Shown one piece after another: positions 5,951 to 7,154 of a DNA stretch of 7,154 bases. Made by a program: the position numbers and the translations under genes. The notes beneath the pieces were generated by a model, which worked only from the letters and a program-made list of their open reading frames with translations, did not search any database and had not been told where the DNA came from. Every line of letters starts with the position of its first letter. Positions within the stretch are counted from its first letter, which is position 1. This DNA is from a virus (lineage: Duplodnaviria > Heunggongvirae > Uroviricota > Caudoviricetes), in the IMG/VR virus record IMGVR_UViG_2698536401_000005; one strand, 5' to 3'.

Positions 5951-6985
5951 TCAGCCGTTGTCAGTGTCCAGTGAGTAGTTTTTAAAGCGGATGACCTCCT
6001 GACCGAGCCAGCCGTTTATTTCCCGAATCCTGTCCTGTAACGGGATAAGCTCATTGCGGACAAAGACCTTTGCCACTTTCTCAATATCACCCAGCGACCC
6101 GACGTTCTCCGGCTTGCCGCCCATCAACTGAAAGGGGATGCGGTGCGCGTCCAGCAGGTCAGCGGCGCTGGCTTTTTTGATATTAAAAAAATCGTCCTTC
6201 GTCGCCACTTCACTGAGCGGGATAATTTTAATGCCGTCGGCTTTCCCCTGTGGTGCATAGAGAAACAGATTTTTAAAGTTGTTGCGGCCTTTCGACTTCA
6301 CCATGTTTTCGCGGAGCATTTCGATATCGTTGCGATCCTGCACGGCATCAGTGACGTACATGATGTATCCGGCATGTGCGCCGTTTTCGTAATACTTGCG
6401 GCGGAACAGCGTGGCCGACTCATTCAGCCAGGCAGAGTTAAGGGCGCTGAGATATTCCGGCAGGCCGTACAGCTCCTGATTAATATCCGGCTCCAGCAGG
6501 TGAAACACGGAGCCGGGCGCGAAGGCTGTCGGCTCGTTGAAGGACGGCACCCACCAGTAAATATCCTCTTCCACACCACGGCGGGTATATTTTTCCGGTG
6601 AGGTTTCCAGTCTGATGACCTTACCGGTGGTGCTGTAACGCTTTTCCAGAAATGCATTACCAAATACCAGAAAATCCAGCACAAAGCGGCTGAAATCCTG
6701 CTGGGAAAGCCATGGATGCGGGATAAATGTCGAGGCCAGAATATTACGTTTGACGTAAATCGGTGAGCTGTGATGCACGGCAGCACGCAGGCTTTTTGCC
6801 AGACCGGTAAAGCTGACCGGCGGCTCATACCATCTGCCGTTACTGATGCATTCGACGTAATCCAGAATGTCACGGCGGTCGAGCACCGGCACCGGCTCAC
6901 CAAAGGTGAATGCCTCCATTTTCGGGGCGCTGGCAGTCATTTTTTTTGCCGCAGGTTGCGGTGTTTTCCCTTTTTTCTTGCTCAT
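5951..6985 (-). CDS. Q: Phage portal protein, P2 gpQ family (344 aa)
   Basis: 344-aa ORF, the same length as P2 gpQ, positioned next to cos and immediately downstream of the terminase gene on the same strand. Its start ATG (6985-6983) overlaps the upstream stop as TGATG. Identification is by recollection of the family and by synteny. Confidence 0.85.
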   Translation of the reverse strand: MSKKKGKTPQPAAKKMTASAPKMEAFTFGEPVPVLDRRDILDYVECISNGRWYEPPVSFTGLAKSLRAAVHHSSPIYVKRNILASTFIPHPWLSQQDFSRFVLDFLVFGNAFLEKRYSTTGKVIRLETSPEKYTRRGVEEDIYWWVPSFNEPTAFAPGSVFHLLEPDINQELYGLPEYLSALNSAWLNESATLFRRKYYENGAHAGYIMYVTDAVQDRNDIEMLRENMVKSKGRNNFKNLFLYAPQGKADGIKIIPLSEVATKDDFFNIKKASAADLLDAHRIPFQLMGGKPENVGSLGDIEKVAKVFVRNELIPLQDRIREINGWLGQEVIRFKNYSLDTDNG

Positions 6986-7154
6986 CAGTAAAACTCCAGA
7001 ATGGTGGATGTCAGCGGGGTGCTGATACCGGCGGTGAGTGGCTCATTTAACAGGGCGTGCATGGTCGCCCAGGCGAGGTCGGCGTGGCTGGCTTCCTCGC
7101 TGCGGCTGGCCTCATAGGTGGCGCTGCGTCCGCTGCTGGTCATGGTCTTGCGGA
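6985..7154 (-). CDS. P: Terminase ATPase (large) subunit, P2 gpP family; C-terminal fragment, with the 5' end beyond the window
   Basis: Minus-strand frame is open from the window edge down to stop TGA at 6987-6985, which overlaps the Q start codon by one base. Hand translation of the C-terminus gives ...ATMHALLNEPLTAGISTPLTSTILEFY*. Assignment is by synteny (P then Q, adjacent to cos). Confidence 0.65.
   Translation of the reverse strand, partial: RKTMTSSGRSATYEASRSEEASHADLAWATMHALLNEPLTAGISTPLTSTILEFY

Noticed and set aside
6143-6903. 152-aa plus-strand and 159-aa minus-strand ORFs inside portal gene Q
   Set aside because: Antisense and alternative-frame ORFs within the portal gene; the 344-aa frame matches P2 gpQ length and coupling to P.
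1-7154. Searched for CRISPR repeats, tRNA/rRNA genes, integrase/att sites and IS-element inverted repeats
   Set aside because: No regularly spaced direct repeats, no tRNA-like cloverleaf segments and no transposase-like ORFs were seen; the prophage ends and integrase lie outside this window.

Overview
This window reads as a segment of a P2-family (Peduovirus-like) prophage from an enterobacterial host, running from the early replication operon through the cos site into the packaging genes. On the + strand, four tightly coupled small early genes (one a TraR/DksA-type C4 zinc-finger protein) lead into the rolling-circle replication initiator gene A (HUH and Y-x3-Y motifs present; interrupted by a 124-nt N-run). 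Downstream of A, where P2 carries its tin/old accessory genes, sits an AT-rich ~2.3 kb cargo island with its own extended -10 promoter. The island holds a DUF2158-like small gene, an unrecognised 226-aa gene, and a convergent unrecognised 313-aa gene with a C-terminal R-N-x3-H (HEPN-like) motif; a near-perfect 43-bp palindromic hairpin separates the convergent genes. An exact 19-nt P2-type cos sequence (GGCGAGGCGGGGAAAGCAC) follows, then portal gene Q and the 3' end of terminase gene P on the - strand. The cargo island is the best candidate for an undescribed anti-phage or abortive-infection system. All functional assignments come from reading the sequence and recalled family knowledge; no database search was run.
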